In this document: positions 14,464-33,252 of the stretch, in pieces
Numbering within the stretch: the stretch's first letter is position 1
Layout of the letters: each line of letters begins with the position of its first letter
NCBI RefSeq assembly: GCF_009914755.1
Contig: NC_060929.1
Length of the DNA stretch: 64,000 bases
Reading direction: 5' to 3' (one strand)
Source: the human T2T-CHM13v2.0 reference genome, Homo sapiens
Translations under genes and position numbers: made by a program
The notes under the pieces: generated by a model
What the model was told of the DNA's origin: nothing
The model's input: the letters and a program-made list of their open reading frames with translations, nothing else
Databases searched by the model: none

Positions 14464-17400
14464 TAAATGGTGACAGAAGGATTTGAGGTTTTAGCATTAT
14501 CTAGGAAGTGGTAAAAGTATTCATTTACATTAAACTCTAAATAAAGTTCAGGATTCATCTTGTAACCTCTAAAGTAAAAAAAGAAAAAGAATAAAATCAA
14601 AGCAAAAGAAAGTAGTAACAGAATGAATAATGGGGTGGGGGGAATGGAAATAAAAATAATATGTAATAAAAGCAAAGTTTATAAAGAGTGAAAAAGAAGA
14701 ACATATAAAAGTGGAACAGATAGAAACCAAACTGTTGGACAGTAGACATATGCCCCAAAATACCAGTAATTGCCTCAATTGTAAATGATCTAGATTAGAT
14801 GTTCTGATTAAAAGACACAGATTTTCAGACCACACTAGAAACAATTGTGTGTTACTTTAAAACATGAACAAAAAAGCTGAAAACTAAAGAGGCAGAAATA
14901 AATATATGCAACACAAACACTAACTTAAAAAAAAAAAAGCTCTTGTAGCACTTCTAAAAATACAGAAGCAAAAGACATTTCTAGAGCCTAAAAACATGTC
15001 AAAATGACAAAAGGGTCAAAATACCAGGAAAATATAACAATTCTAAATTTCAAAACATGTGAAGCAAATTGTACCACAGTAAAATTTCATAGAACTAAAA
15101 GCAAAAAATGGACAAATACACACACTTAATAGAAAATTTTAACACAATTCTCTCACAAAGCAATAGAACAAAAAAAAAGTCTGTGAAGATAAAATCAGTC
15201 TGAATAATGGGATTAACAAACTTGACCTAATTAACATATATGAAACACTACATTGACAACAGAATACACATTCTTTTCAACTGCATTTTAAAAGCTTACC
15301 ATTATTGACAATGTGCTGGACCACAGGGAAAAGGTCATAATAATTTTAAATAGTTGAAATAATTTAAAATATTTTTCTGACCACCATGAAATTAAACTTT
15401 AATTAATAACAAAAAAAACCCTAAAAATCTTCTAAATATGTCTGCAAACATACTTCAAAGTACTTCTGGAACACACTTCTAAATTATCATTAAGTCAAAG
15501 GAGAAACCATAATAAAAATTATAAAATATTATGAACTGACTGATGAGAAAAACATGTCATATTACTTTGTTGGTCTGCTTACAAGAAAAAAAATTATACC
15601 ACCAAATGTATAAGGAGAAAAAGCCTTAAAAACATTGATTTAAGTAGCCATCTCAAGGAGTTTGAAACGAAATGTGACTATTACTCAAATAAATTAAAAG
15701 AAAGGAAATAATGATAAGAGCAGAAATGAATAAAATGGAAAATAAATGTAAACAGAAAAAAATCAGCAAAGCCACAGGTTGTGTTTTGGAAAAGACTAAT
15801 AATTGATAAACTACTAGTACATTATTATTGTTTAAAAGAAAGAGAACATACAAATTACCAGTATCAGGAATAAAAAAGAAGACATTACTAGAGATGCTGC
15901 AAATATTAAAAAGGCCATAAAAATATTCTGCAAAACTTTATCTACCAAGTATAAAAATTCACACAAAAATGGGCAAATTGCTTAACTATTACAATTTAGC
16001 AAACCCTACACAAGAAGATACAGAAAACCCAAATTGTCCTATATATATTTATTGCAGATAAAAAAAAACCTTTTTACAATGAAACCTCTACTAATGGTGG
16101 CTAAAATTCACCAGCAAAATTTTCCAAATGTTTAAAAATAATAACACCAATCTTAACAGAAGCTCTTCAGGGAACAAAAAAGAAAAAACGACTTCCTGAC
16201 TCATTACATGAGATGAGGGTAATCTTGTACAAAAACCTGGCAAGAACATTATAATAAAGGAAAGGCAAAGATCATGTATTTTGAGAACACAAGTGTGAAA
16301 ATTTAAAAGGAAAAAAGGACATCGAACTTGAAAAATAAAAATAATAGCATATCACAACTAAGCATGGTTTATTCTAAAAATGGTTTGGCTTGATATGAAA
16401 AAAAATCAGCCAATGCAATTTATCACACTAAGGTAACAAAAAAAAAACTCATATGATCAATTTAACAGATATTAAAAAGGCATTTATAAAATTTCACACC
16501 CATTTATACTAAAAGGATTTTAAACCTCTTCACAAACAGTAAAATGTGAATTTTGTTAAGCTAACAAAGGGTATCAACATAAAGTCTACAAGGAACAATA
16601 ATGGCGAAATATTAAAAAGTTTTCTCTCTAAACATGGAAATAAGATCAAGATGCTTGATATTATTAAAAATCATGTGGAGCAATAAAGGCTATATATGTA
16701 AAGCTCACAGCTAGCATTATACTCAATAGTGAAAGTCTTTTCTTTAAAATCTGGAACAAGACAAGGATGCTCACTTTTACCACTTCTTTTCAACATGGTA
16801 TTGGAAGCCCTTACCAGAGCAATTAGGCTACAGACATAAATAAAAGGCATCCAAATTGAAAAGGAAGAAGTGAAATTATCACTGCTGACAACATGATCTT
16901 GTATATAGAAAACTCTAACGACTCCACCAAAGAATTGTTAGAACTAATAAGCAAATACAGTAAAGTTGCAGAATACAAGATCAACACACAGAAATCAGTA
17001 GCTTTTCTGAATACTAACAACAAACTATATAAAAAGATATCAAGAAAATAATCCCATTTACAGTAGCTACCAAAAAACACAAGATACTTAGGAATAAATT
17101 TAACCAAGGAGATGAAAGACTTGTACATGAAAAACTATTAAATATTCATGAAAACAAGAAGACAACCCAATTTAAAAATGGGTATAAGACCTGAGTAGAC
17201 ATTTTTCAAAAGAAAACATATACATGACCAACAGATACATGAAACAATTATCAATGTCACTAATCATTAGGGAATGCAAATTAAAACCATAATAAGATAC
17301 CACTTCACACCTGTCAGAATGGCTGTTATCAAAAATATGAATGATAAGTGTTGATGAGGATGTGGAGAAATGGGAACCCTGTACACTATTGGTGGGAATG

Positions 17401-17618
17401 TAAATTAGGACAGCCATTGTGGAAAACTGTAAGGAGGTTCTGCAAAAAGTTAAAAATAGAATTATCATATGATCCAGCAATTCCACTTCTGGGTATCTAC
17501 CAAAAGATTTAAAATCAGTGTGACAAAGAGATGTTGGCACTCTTATTCTCATTACAGCATTATTCACAATAGCCACCTAAGTGCCCACCATCAGATAAAT
17601 GGATAAAGCCTGAAACTC

Positions 17619-17620
<2 letters not shown>

Positions 17621-17672
<52 letters not shown>
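17621..17672. repeat. (TG)26 microsatellite occupying the L1 tail position
   Basis: Perfect TG run, counted directly. Confidence 0.95.
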
Positions 17673-20211
<2,539 letters not shown>

Positions 20212-21120
20212 CTACATGTTTTCACTTAGATGTGGAATTTAAAACACTGGATATTAGAAGCAATGTAGAATGGTAGTTACAGGGTTGGGGTTGATGGGGA
20301 GATGTTAGTCAACAGTTAGAAAGTTTTGGTGGAGGAATAAGTGAGTTTTTCTGAGATCTATTGCACAGCATGGCGAATATAGTTAATAATATTTTATTGT
20401 ACATTTCAAAATTGCTAAGACAGTACATTTCAAATGTTCTCATCACAAAAAAAGATAAGCATTTGAGGAAATTGATATGTTACCTTAATTATTCCACATT
20501 GTGTCCATAAATCATATCACTTTGTGCCCTATAAATATATAATTATAAATTGTCAAGTTATAATAAAATTTTTTAAGTACTAGAGGTACTAAGTTATGAC
20601 ATGTACCAGAAAAAAAATGAAACAGAAGGGTTTGAAAAGAAGTAACCATGTCATAATTCACAAATTATAGGATTCTCTATGTAGAAAATCTAAATAGAAT
20701 TTACAATCTGAAATTAATAAGTGAACTCAGCAAGCATGCTGGATACAAAGCTGATATAAAACATTAGTTTTTGAACAATTAAAAACAATTAGAAAATAAA
20801 AATGTAAAAGATATACTTTAATAGCATTAAAAGCTTTAAATATCTAGAAATAAATTTAACAGCAAATATACAAACCCTTTGCATAAAAAAACATAAAATA
20901 TTACTGAAAGAAATCAGTGAAGACCTAAATAGATAGAAGACTGTGAATGACCATGTATCAGAAACTTCAACATGGTAAATGTGTCAATTCTCCTAGGTGG
21001 TAATTTTGTATACATGATAATTCTAAGCTTTAAATAGAATTATATAAAGCAAAAATAGTCAAACAATCTTTGAAAAGAACATGCCCTATGTTGAACATTA
21101 TTTTTATTTTACCTGGCATT

Positions 21121-21121
21121 A

Positions 21122-21173
<52 letters not shown>
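21121..21173. repeat. (TTA)n trinucleotide microsatellite
   Basis: About 16 TTA/ATT units read directly. Confidence 0.95.
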
Positions 21174-21379
21174 TACAACAATGGAGAGTTTAATTTCTTG
21201 CCTTCTGATAAGATCTGAAGGAACTGGTAGGACCAATTCAGATGTTCTAATCTAGAGATCTACTTTAGTCAGAATCTGCTAACTCAATTGAGGAAACATT
21301 CAAAGTGCAAGCAAATGGACAAATAAAACCTTTAAAGTTTCATGAAACAACCATGGTCCTTCCAGGCAGTTATAAATTT

Positions 21380-21520
21380 GTTTGGATTTTGGCTCTGCCA
21401 GTTAAAGACTGCACAAATTCAGCAAGTAAGTTAATCTTCGAGGGTCTCAATTTCCTCAACAGTAAAACTGAGATTTATTATTCCTCCCTAGAAAAGTTGT
21501 GAGGAAAAAAGATAAAACGT
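21380..21520. mobile_element. MIR fragment
   Basis: MIR core-like: ggctctgcca…gcaagtaagttaatcttcgagggtctcaatttcctcaacagtaaaa. Confidence 0.6.
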
Positions 21521-21595
21521 TTTAAAATGTAGCTCTCTGACAAATAGAAAACATTCAATGTTACTTTTTTTTAAAAAAATTGTATTATTTCAAAA

Positions 21596-21677
21596 TTTTT
21601 TTTATTATTATACTTTAAGTTTTAGGGTACATGTGCACAACGTGCAGGTTTGTTACATATGTATACATGTGCCATGT
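21596..21677 (-). mobile_element. Very short L1PA 3'-end fragment (~80 bp)
   Basis: ttattattatactttaagttttagggtacatgtgcacaacgtgcaggtttgttacatatgtatacatgtgccatgt. No TSD visible. Confidence 0.88.
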
Positions 21678-22559
21678 CTTCCTACTTCAGGTCAATGTGC
21701 TGACTTTGTAGTTGTTGAAAATTATCAATTAAATATCAGTTAGTTGAGTCCAGGTTGAGTGGCAAGTGAACTAATAGTTCCAGGTTGGACAGAAAAAGTA
21801 AAACTATGTCAAATTTGCTTCCTTTTATTGTAAATTCTTCCACGTGGTTTTTAAATGTTTAAGGAAAGAGAAATCTGTGTGCTTTAAAAATTTATCTATT
21901 TTGCTTTGGGGTCTGAGTTTATAGGTACATCTTTAAGATCTCAGGTGCTGGGCTTGAGCCTTAAGAGGTTATGAAACCTTGAACCAACATGCAAAAAGTT
22001 TGGATTTTAATGCCATCATCAATTAATTGATAATGGCCACCTGGAGCATGTATAGAAAAGGATTCTGAAGCTGAGTCTGAGCTTACCAGAAAAAGAAGCA
22101 ACATCTGCTATGGGTGTGGGAGGTGGGAATGGTAGCAAGAATGCATGTTTATTTCTGACAAACCTATCCTACGCCATGGTATATTGCATTTCAGAGTATG
22201 ATAAATCCTCTTCACATAAAAAATGTTCTTCAAGCTTCCACATGATAGAAAAGTTGTACTTTGAATGTGCATAAATAACAAAATATATAATGACCAGAAT
22301 TTATGTTTAAAATTACTTTTATTTTATTAAAATAAATTCACATGCATTTGGATAATACTTTATATTTTTCTATTTTATGGTATACTATTTATTCAAACTG
22401 CTGTCAATCTTTGTTACTTATATGGATTTAAGTCCACTTGCAATAACAGTTATACCCTATGAGTTCTATACCCCTTACGTTGTAAAAATTCCTCCATGCA
22501 ATATATTTTTAAATTAAGACAAGCTGTGGATTTTTAAATGGATAAAAATATTGAGATGA

Positions 22560-23286
22560 ATTTGTTTGCTGTTGCTTCTCTAGTTCTTTTAATTTTGATG
22601 TTAGGGCATCAATTTTAGATCTTTCCTGCTTTCTCTTGTGGGCATTTAGTGCTATAAATTTCCCTCTACACACTGCTTTAAATGTGTCCCAGAGATTCTG
22701 GTATGTTGTATCTTCGTTCTCATTGGTTTCAAAGAACCACTACTACTGGGTAGTATACCCAAAAGATTACCCACTACTGGGTATATACCCAAAGGATTAT
22801 AAATTATTCTACTATAAAGACACATGCACATGTATGTTTATTGCAGCACTATTCACAATAGCAAAGACTTGGAACCAACCCAAATGTCCATCAATGATAG
22901 ATTGGATAAAGAAAATGTGGCACATATACACCATGGAATACTATGCAGCCATAAAAAAGGATGAGTTCATGTCCTTTGCAGGGACATGGATGAAGATGGA
23001 AACCATCATTCTCAGCAAACTAACACAGGAACAGAAAACCAAACACTGCATGTTCTCACTTGTAAGTGAGCAATGAGAACACATGGACATAGGGAGGGGA
23101 ACATCACACACTGGGGCCTGTCAGGGGATGGAGGGATAGGGGAGGGATAACATTAGGAGAAATACCTAATGTAGGTGACAGGTTGATGGGTGCAGCAAAC
23201 CACCATGGCACGTGTATACCTATGTAACAAAATTGCACGTTCTGCACATGTACCCCAGAACTTAAAGTATGATAAAATATGTATAT
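22560..23286 (+). mobile_element. 5'-inverted (twin-primed) L1PA, PA7/8-like: inverted ORF2 piece 22560-22737, sense 3' end 22740-23286
   Basis: Antisense L1 ORF2 segment joined to a sense ORF2 C-terminus and 3'UTR. TSD ATATTGAGATGA at 22548-22559 and 23287-23298. Confidence 0.88.
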
Positions 23287-23422
23287 ATATTGAGATGATT
23301 ATAAAAAAGAGTCCATGGCATTACTCTATATAATAGTTACTATACAGGATATATGTACACAAAGCTTATTCATTAAACAATATCTTCATTATGTTTGCTT
23401 CAGAATGAAGGAGAGAGTCTCA

Positions 23423-23722
<300 letters not shown>

Positions 23723-23979
23723 GAATGAGGTCAGAATCAATATCATTAGGAATGTATAATTGATTGCGTAGTCCAAGTATCCAAAGTTCCTACCTTCTTT
23801 CTTTTCACCAAACATAAATGGCTCCTTCCCATTTATCCCAGAGTATTCACACCCTGAAAGTATTAATACTGAGAGACCAGACTTTCAGAAATTTAATGGG
23901 GCAAACTATATAAAATCATACAAAATCAGTGGCACAAATCAAAAGAGGTCCCAAATGCCAGCCTATAGAATCATGCTGT

Positions 23980-24322
23980 TGAGACAGCCAAGTATAAAAG
24001 GATCACCGGAGAACCTCCAACCTGCCTGTACACTGAGAGGAATGCGCACTGGGTTGGAGCCTCGGGAAGTTCACACCATTTGCAGAGGGGAGGAGCCTGG
24101 CCTCTCCTGTTCTGGGAGGGAAACTGGAATTCAATTTGTGAGGCAGGAAGCCTATACTAGCATGGCTCTCTCCCTGCTGAGAGGACCCTGTTTCCCTTTT
24201 CTTCCTTTTTGCCCAATAAATTCCATTTTTCTCACCCTTCAAAGTGTCAGCAAGCCTAATCTCTCATGGCCATGTGACAAGAACCCGGCTTTTAGCTGAA
24301 CAAAGGAGAAAGTCCTACAACA
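23980..24322 (+). mobile_element. Solo MER61-family LTR (ERV1)
   Basis: Starts TGAGACAGCC and ends AAGTCCTACAACA, with an internal AATAAA (~24215). 4-bp TSD CTGT at 23976-23979 and 24323-24326. Confidence 0.82.
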
Positions 24323-26358
24323 CTGTCACCAGCTCATCTGTATCTCCAAAAGTAAGTGCCAGAAAATAAAGCAAATTAAATCAGTAAGGACAGTTGATTC
24401 TTCTTTCAGTGTCATGATTTATGAATATCAAATTTTATATGATCTTGGCTCCATGGTAAGATGAAGAATATAACACATTTATTTTATTTTAGTAGTTTTT
24501 TGTGTTAACACATCAGCACATTTTTAGTTACTTACATGTATCTATGAAATATGTTTTTCCTGTTATTTTGCAATTTGAGGCAGAATTTTTTAAAACATTC
24601 CTCAATATCACCACTCCTTGCACACCAGCCTATCTTGAACTTAAACAGAGAACAGAATGCTGCCAAAACTAATGAACTATGGCTGTGGAGAATAATTCTT
24701 CAAGAGACATTACCCACTGAACATTTCAGTAGTTTATGTTAAGCATCCACAAATCCTCTGGTTGTTAGGAGGGAAAAATAAGTTCCTGTCTTTGGGCTTA
24801 TTTCCTTAAAATCCTTGTATTTTTTTCCTGTATAAGAAGGCCCATTTTTTTCAGTGAAAGACCAGGTTTAGCACAGTAGCCCAGCAGATTCATGGGATCA
24901 TTTTACAGACAAGAGCATCTATAATTCATGGGAACAGTATTTGACCTGCTAGAATTCTTTGTACCCTTATTCAGCTATAATTTTATTTTACCACATCTTA
25001 TTTTAATATCAGCTTAGACTATAACCTCCCTATTTAGTTTTTCTGTTACTGTTTTAAATTCAGCACTACAGTTTCTAGACCTCAGAGCAGAGCTTTTGAT
25101 TTTAGGATTATAATCCAGGAATTTTTCTTAAAGTAATGAATTATTTATAAAGCTAAAACACCTTGGAGTTGAGTAAGTTAACACTCCTGAGAACTCCCAG
25201 GTATACTGACTGCCTAACTAGATGCAAGGCGTAGTGCGAGTTGCAAAGGATGTACGTATGAGTATAATATGGTCCCTGCCCTCAGAAGCCTTCTGTATGT
25301 TTATTAAATTGTATCATTATGTTCAGCAATGACTCCCTGAGCATTTACTATGAATGGGGCATTTTACATGATTGCATGAGACACTCAGTCCTTGCCTGCA
25401 GTATGATTAACATATTTTTTCCAAATAGTTTGAAATTTCTAGTGAAGCAGTAACACACTCTATAGACTATTACAAGTGTTTGTGGTTCTAAATGAGTACA
25501 TTAATGTACACTCTTGTCTCATCTTCTCAACTGAAAAGTTTTCTATGGAAATGACCCTGTGATAGGTATTTTTTGTATTTTCAATACCAAGCCCAATCTA
25601 GACAGATATTCCTTAAATGTAGACCTAAGGCACCTACATGACAACTATGAGAAATAGCCATGGAAAAGCATTCTTTTTCAAAAATGTGTGTGAAGTGCTA
25701 CTATAGAGATGTTATCTGGTCCCAAGGAAGAATAAGGGAGGAATAACCCATCTGGAAACAGTTTAATAAATGCCAATTGAACAAATGAATAAATACACTA
25801 AAATGAAGTTGTTTGAAATTTAGAAGTTTAAATGATTACTGCTCGTTATAACTTATGAAAATAGTTGGGATATTCATGTGCCATTGTTTTTGGGAGTTAC
25901 AAATATTATTTTTATCTAAACTCAAACAATTTCTTATTAGTTGTATTTTGTTTCTCTTCAACCACAACAATGATCATTTGTCCCAAAACCAGAGAAAGCA
26001 TAACATGATCCTTGCAACAAGACACGGTCCCCTTGAGACATCTTTTTGATTTGGATCTTGAAGAATTTTTGTATTGATGAAGTGTCTCGAACAGAAGTGT
26101 TTAGAGAATACTAATCAGTCATCCATGGAGCCAACAGAGGGTGTCAACAAACAGTGTCAATATTCCAGTAAATATATATTGTCTACTATGTGCCAGGTAC
26201 TCTAGTAAACACTAGTGAAAAATGGACAGTAACACATTGGTTCTGGTCTCAAGGAGCTCAGAGTGAATGACATGTGAATGAGCAGGGAAAGAACAAACTT
26301 AAAATTGGGGTCATGGTTTGCTTTGCTGTCATGCAATCATACTACTCTTTACTTTAAG

Positions 26359-26546
26359 CCAGTGGTTCCCAACGTACAGATCCTGGACCAGCAGCATCAG
26401 CAACACCTGAAAACTTGTTAAAATGCAGATTCTTAGGTCCAAGCCCAGACTCACTGGATCATAAACTTGAGGCAGGGGCCCCAGCAATCTGGGTTTTAAC
26501 AAGTCCTCTAGATGATACTAATGCAGCCTAAAGTTCAAGCACCACA
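26359..26546. mobile_element. MER5A (hAT-Charlie) relic
   Basis: cagtggttccc…ggaccagcagcatcagcaacacctgaaaacttgttaaaatgcagattctt…ttttaacaagtcctctagatgat. Confidence 0.78.
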
Positions 26547-27653
26547 ATCTAGGCCAACTCCAGTACATTACTTGTCCTCTCCCGTTCAGGCACCAATGCT
26601 ACGACTGTAACTAAAATTATATCTTCCTGCTCATTCTTTTATGTAAATTAATAAAGTCATGAAATAATTATGTATATTAAACAGGAACCCAAAATATAAC
26701 AATTTTTGTTCACTTAAATGTATATATTTATTTCTGCCAATTTATGGTCCTGGTAAAGTTTCAGTGGCAGCCTTTGTTTTCTTTTCTTCACCTTCTGTAA
26801 TTCCAGCCAAAGCGCTTGATATTAATTTAAAATGGAACAGAAAGTGGCTTTAAAATCCTCTGAAATCTCATGCATATTCTTGCTTATAAACTTAATTTTA
26901 GTCTAAAAAATTATGACCATTGTGCAAAACACAGCTTGATAAATGTCAACGTGAAGAACAGGCAGACAGAGAGAGTAGTGTTGACCAAATTTAAGACTTT
27001 TTTTCCTCTAGAGTAAGGACTATTCTGTGATGTCATCCTATTTCCTAATCAGTAGCAGTAGCAGCAGCAGCAGCAGCATCTCTGGTTACTCAGACTACTT
27101 TAAAGAAGAAAACTGGCCCTCTGTGCAAACTAATAAGAATTCTGTTTAGTCTTTGAAGTGTCTTAGGGTGATTTAGGAAATGAATGAACCTATTGTCATT
27201 AGGTCAACCTCATGTGTCTGTCTGGAATAAATGTCTGTCTCTCTTAGAGGAGAGAGGCAAGAGGCAAGATAGAACCTCTGTACAATTGCAGATTTCCAAG
27301 TCACAGTCATGTTGGTGAAACTAACAAGACAAATTCTTCTGTGATTCCTTTGAGGAAGAATTGGAGGGAATGCTAGAGATAAACTAAACAGGAGATGCCT
27401 CCATGGAACCTCATCACTTCCACCCAGGATTTCAGAAGTCTGTGATGAGGTGAAGACTCTGAGATTGCAAACTTTGCCTTTTCTTTATAGTCTTCTTCCT
27501 TGACATGAATTTATCAGCCATGTGGAACTCTTGACCAGAGAGATATGAACACATTAAACTAGTCTATATAAGACTATGTAAGAATTTTGTACTCCAAATA
27601 TATATAAGCAAGCTAAACTTAAACACATATTTTATTACAACTCTCCTATTTAG

Positions 27654-28017
<364 letters not shown>

Positions 28018-28101
28018 AGCTTCCCCCTTTTTTAAATCACTTATCTTTTTACTAAGTCCCTCCACATCTAGTCCAAGAATTAAGTATTTTGTAGGATACA
28101 C

Positions 28102-28610
28102 CTGTGGCAGACCTGAGTTGTTGCCTACTCAATAGGTGACCCTTCTTCCCTACAAAGAGATCACAATTAACTAGTGGTCTCAGGAGAGAGAGGCCCCACC
28201 CATAATTCATGAGGATGAATAATAATAACTCTATGGTAGCCATGGAAATTTTACTTGATTTTGCCAGTTAGTAGTCTGGAATTGGCACAAGACCAATTCT
28301 GACTAAGGAGATGTAACAGAGAGTTTAAGAAGAGGTTCCTTCTGGGAAAACAAGAGCTGTCTTTTTTGTTGGGATATTTGTGTGAGGACATCCCCATGAG
28401 ATGACAAGGGCAAGAACAAAAAGGCAATAGCTTAGAGTGGAAAAATGGAAGGAGAGTATAGCCTGGGAAGCTTGGTAGCATCTTTGTGCAACTGAACTGA
28501 TAACCTCAATCATCCACGTTCAAGCTTCTTGTTTGTGGAAATACCTCTATTTGGTAAAGACATCACTGGTTACATTTCCAGCTATATGTAGTCTAACATG
28601 TCTCTGGCAG
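28102..28610 (+). mobile_element. Old MLT1-type MaLR LTR relic
   Basis: Begins tgtggcagac…; degenerate MLT1-like motifs (gaccaattctgactaaggagatg…cttcttgtttgtggaaata). Subfamily uncertain. Confidence 0.5.
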
Positions 28611-29139
28611 CATAAAGTATGTATCACTATTTCAAAGCCAACTTCCTTTTAAGTCCAAAAGCAACAGCCACATTCCCAGGTAATATGGCCTGGGCAACAC
28701 CTTTCCACTAATCAGAAAAAGTGTAGTATGAGCCTCATCTTCGCATCCAAAAATGATTCTATATTAAAAGAGTGTAGGTATTCATTAATTACTAGTTAAA
28801 AACTAATTTTCATTTTACCACTGCCCAATCAGAGTTTTCCAACTTTTCAACATGGTAAACTACCACATCACTTCATATATAGGTTAGGTTTGTTTTACTC
28901 TATATTCTTAGAAATTATCTAAATTTTGTTTTCTGGCTCTTTGGCTGTACATTTTGTTTAAACAATTTTATTACAATCTCAAAAATATCTTTTTCTTTAG
29001 CTCTTCCCTTCATTTCTTTTTCTTTCTTTTTTCCATTTTTATTTTCCTCGGTTCTTCCCAAATCTCTTTTAGAGAATATTTCTTTAAAATTATCTTCTCT
29101 TTGTTCCCTAAAGTGTTCTTGTTTCCCTGTGGTTAGTTT

Positions 29140-30300
<1,161 letters not shown>

Positions 30301-30539
30301 AGACATTTTTATTTAAGAAAGAGGAACTACAAGGCTGAGACTAGTTAGTATGGGTTTCTCCTGTTGCTTAATAAGATATTTTTTACTCACCCTTACTCTT
30401 TACCCAACAGTAGAATTATAACAAGTTCTAACCATTTAAGTGTCCATTAGAACACTAGATTCAGAGTTTTGGCTGTCAGCAGGCAGGCCCTTTGAAAGCC
30501 TAAAGGAACACAGCTTTATTCTGGAGCACTAAGTCCTAG

Positions 30540-30886
<347 letters not shown>

Positions 30887-33252
30887 AATTCTATTTCTTT
30901 AGAGTAGAATTCATTCTCCTTTGCCTGAGGCTTAACACTGCTCCAATCATTCTGCACATGAGATTGGGGAGGCAGCTGGAGCAAGGACAAAATTGTTCCC
31001 CTATGGATCTTCAGGTCTTCTCCCACTCAAACATATACACACACCACGGTCTTAGCCTCACATCTCACTTCTACTGCTTCTGACCCCAGAATCTCTTCAG
31101 TATTCCACCTTGTAGATTGGCACATGTTTTCTCCAACTCTTCACAGTGTACTATGGACTGTGATTCCATCACAATTTTTCATCAGACAACAGGAATCTCT
31201 CATTCATTCATTTTCTACCCTCAAGAAATTGGTTGAAATCTCTCAGTTCCTGGTACATCCCCCTCCATTTCTTCTTACTATGCTATGAGCTTACTCTTTC
31301 TTTCACTTCTAACTCTCTTTTAGTGGGACCTCAGGCATAACAGAGGTATGCCTATCATCATTCCACAATTTCTACCATAATTCTGTTAAAAAAAAAAAAC
31401 ACTCTTTTCCTATCCTCTTACCTTACTTTCTCACTGGCAGTCTCCCCCAGATCCCCTGCTCTAGCCCTGCTCTGTGGACTCCTCTATTGCCATATTCTGC
31501 TGTATTCTCCTGATTCTTTATTTCAAAGTCAAAATAATGACTCTTGCAATATTAAAGCCTTCTTCTAAGGGTGGGTTGGCGGATTCAGAGGAGGCAACTA
31601 AGAATTGAGCATCAAAGCCAGAATACTCTTTAGCAGTCAGGGAAAAGAGTAATGCTGATAACACTCATCAATCACTACTTTTCACTGTGTCATGTCTATT
31701 TTCTTTTCTGCCTTCTTTCACTAGTTTATAGGATCCTTGAAAGAGTACTGTTTTGTACACTATTATGAGCCTAGAACATTGAAGGTACTCTGTATATTGA
31801 AAGAGAAGAATGAAGTATAGTAGTATTACTGTCTACCTAATACAACGAGAAAATTAAGCATTTGAAAGGAAAAGCAATTGGTATGAAGTCACATAGATTA
31901 TACATGGCAGATCCAGGGCATTGATTAGCTGGGCGGGACATAGAAAGTTCTCAAGACACATACTGTTTGTAGATTTTTATTGCATAGACCAGACTGCCAC
32001 TGCTGTAAGTCAAAGATTTCAGTGTATCATGATATCGCCTCTTACTTACAATGTTAAGCTTTTCAGGCAAGACAATAGAAGGACCAAGCCTACTATGCTA
32101 TGTGTTGGACTAGAAAGTTGACTAGTCAGGCAACTGAAAAGATCTATAGCTTTATTCTGAAGGCCTGAAACAATATCCAAGAAATCCAGAGTGCATTCAG
32201 CTAGATTACGTCTGGAAAGTTAATATGGCAGAACTCTGGAGCCTTCAGCTTACAGCCAAGTGGAAGCAATCTTGTTCCTCCTATGTAATAGACAACTTTC
32301 TTGTTTCTGCCTTCCCTGAACTCTCAAGAGGCTGCAAGTTGGGAGTGAATGAGTAAGACTTTCTGGAATATCCCCACTATGGAGCATCCCAGTGGCAATC
32401 ACCACCATGTTGTGCTGTCTTACAGGTATAGTGAGGAGGTAGGGAATAGTTACAAACTTAATGATACCAGCCATTCTGTCAACAGTTGCCGTGACCTCTC
32501 TGCTTAAATTTCATGAAACAGTATACTCTCTCAAACTGAAAAACAATGTGATGTCCTTGTTTTACAGAGAAGTCACAACTCTGTTAAGCAAATTTAACAT
32601 AGATCAGATAAAGTCATTGATTTATGATTAGAAACACAGATAGGTAATGTTAATTAGATGTGTCTACACTGGAATATTGTAGCCTTTCCATTTAAAAATT
32701 ATTTTTAAATAAGTTAATTTCTTTTTCAGTGAAATCATTAGTTCACCAAATTTAATTTTTATTGTTTTGATTTTTGGCTACAGTTAACCACAATGTATGG
32801 TAGAACACTTATTCAAGTAATATTTCTGAATATCTACCTTGTCCCATTCATATATAAATATAAATACAAGTACTCTATGATTGGGGAGGACTGTGCCTGC
32901 TTTCTCTAGCTAAAAGAATTAATATAGGGTGATTCCCTTAGATAAAGGTCAAATCATTTAAGTTAAATTGCTCTGGAGATTTAGATTTAAGTATGCCTGA
33001 AATGTGTCATATAAACAGGATTTTGCATATTGTCATGTCACCTTATGTTTTGCAATATTTTCTTTTCACCTTTTGTTTATTAACCAAAACCATTTATGTC
33101 CCATTAGAGAGAAAAAAAATTCTGATTTATTCCTAACCTCTTTTATTCACTAAATTATTTCCAGCCAATGCCACATAGCAATGGTTAAACCACAAAGACC
33201 TAACAATCAAAATAAATCTACATAGTCAAAAAACAAACAATAATTCATTCAC

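Noticed and set aside
21030-21255. Poly-Asn and poly-Leu ORFs
   Set aside because: Translations of the (TTA)n microsatellite.
27050-27078. Short CAG run
   Set aside because: Only about 5 pure CAG units, interrupted by TAG, and not in a supported ORF.
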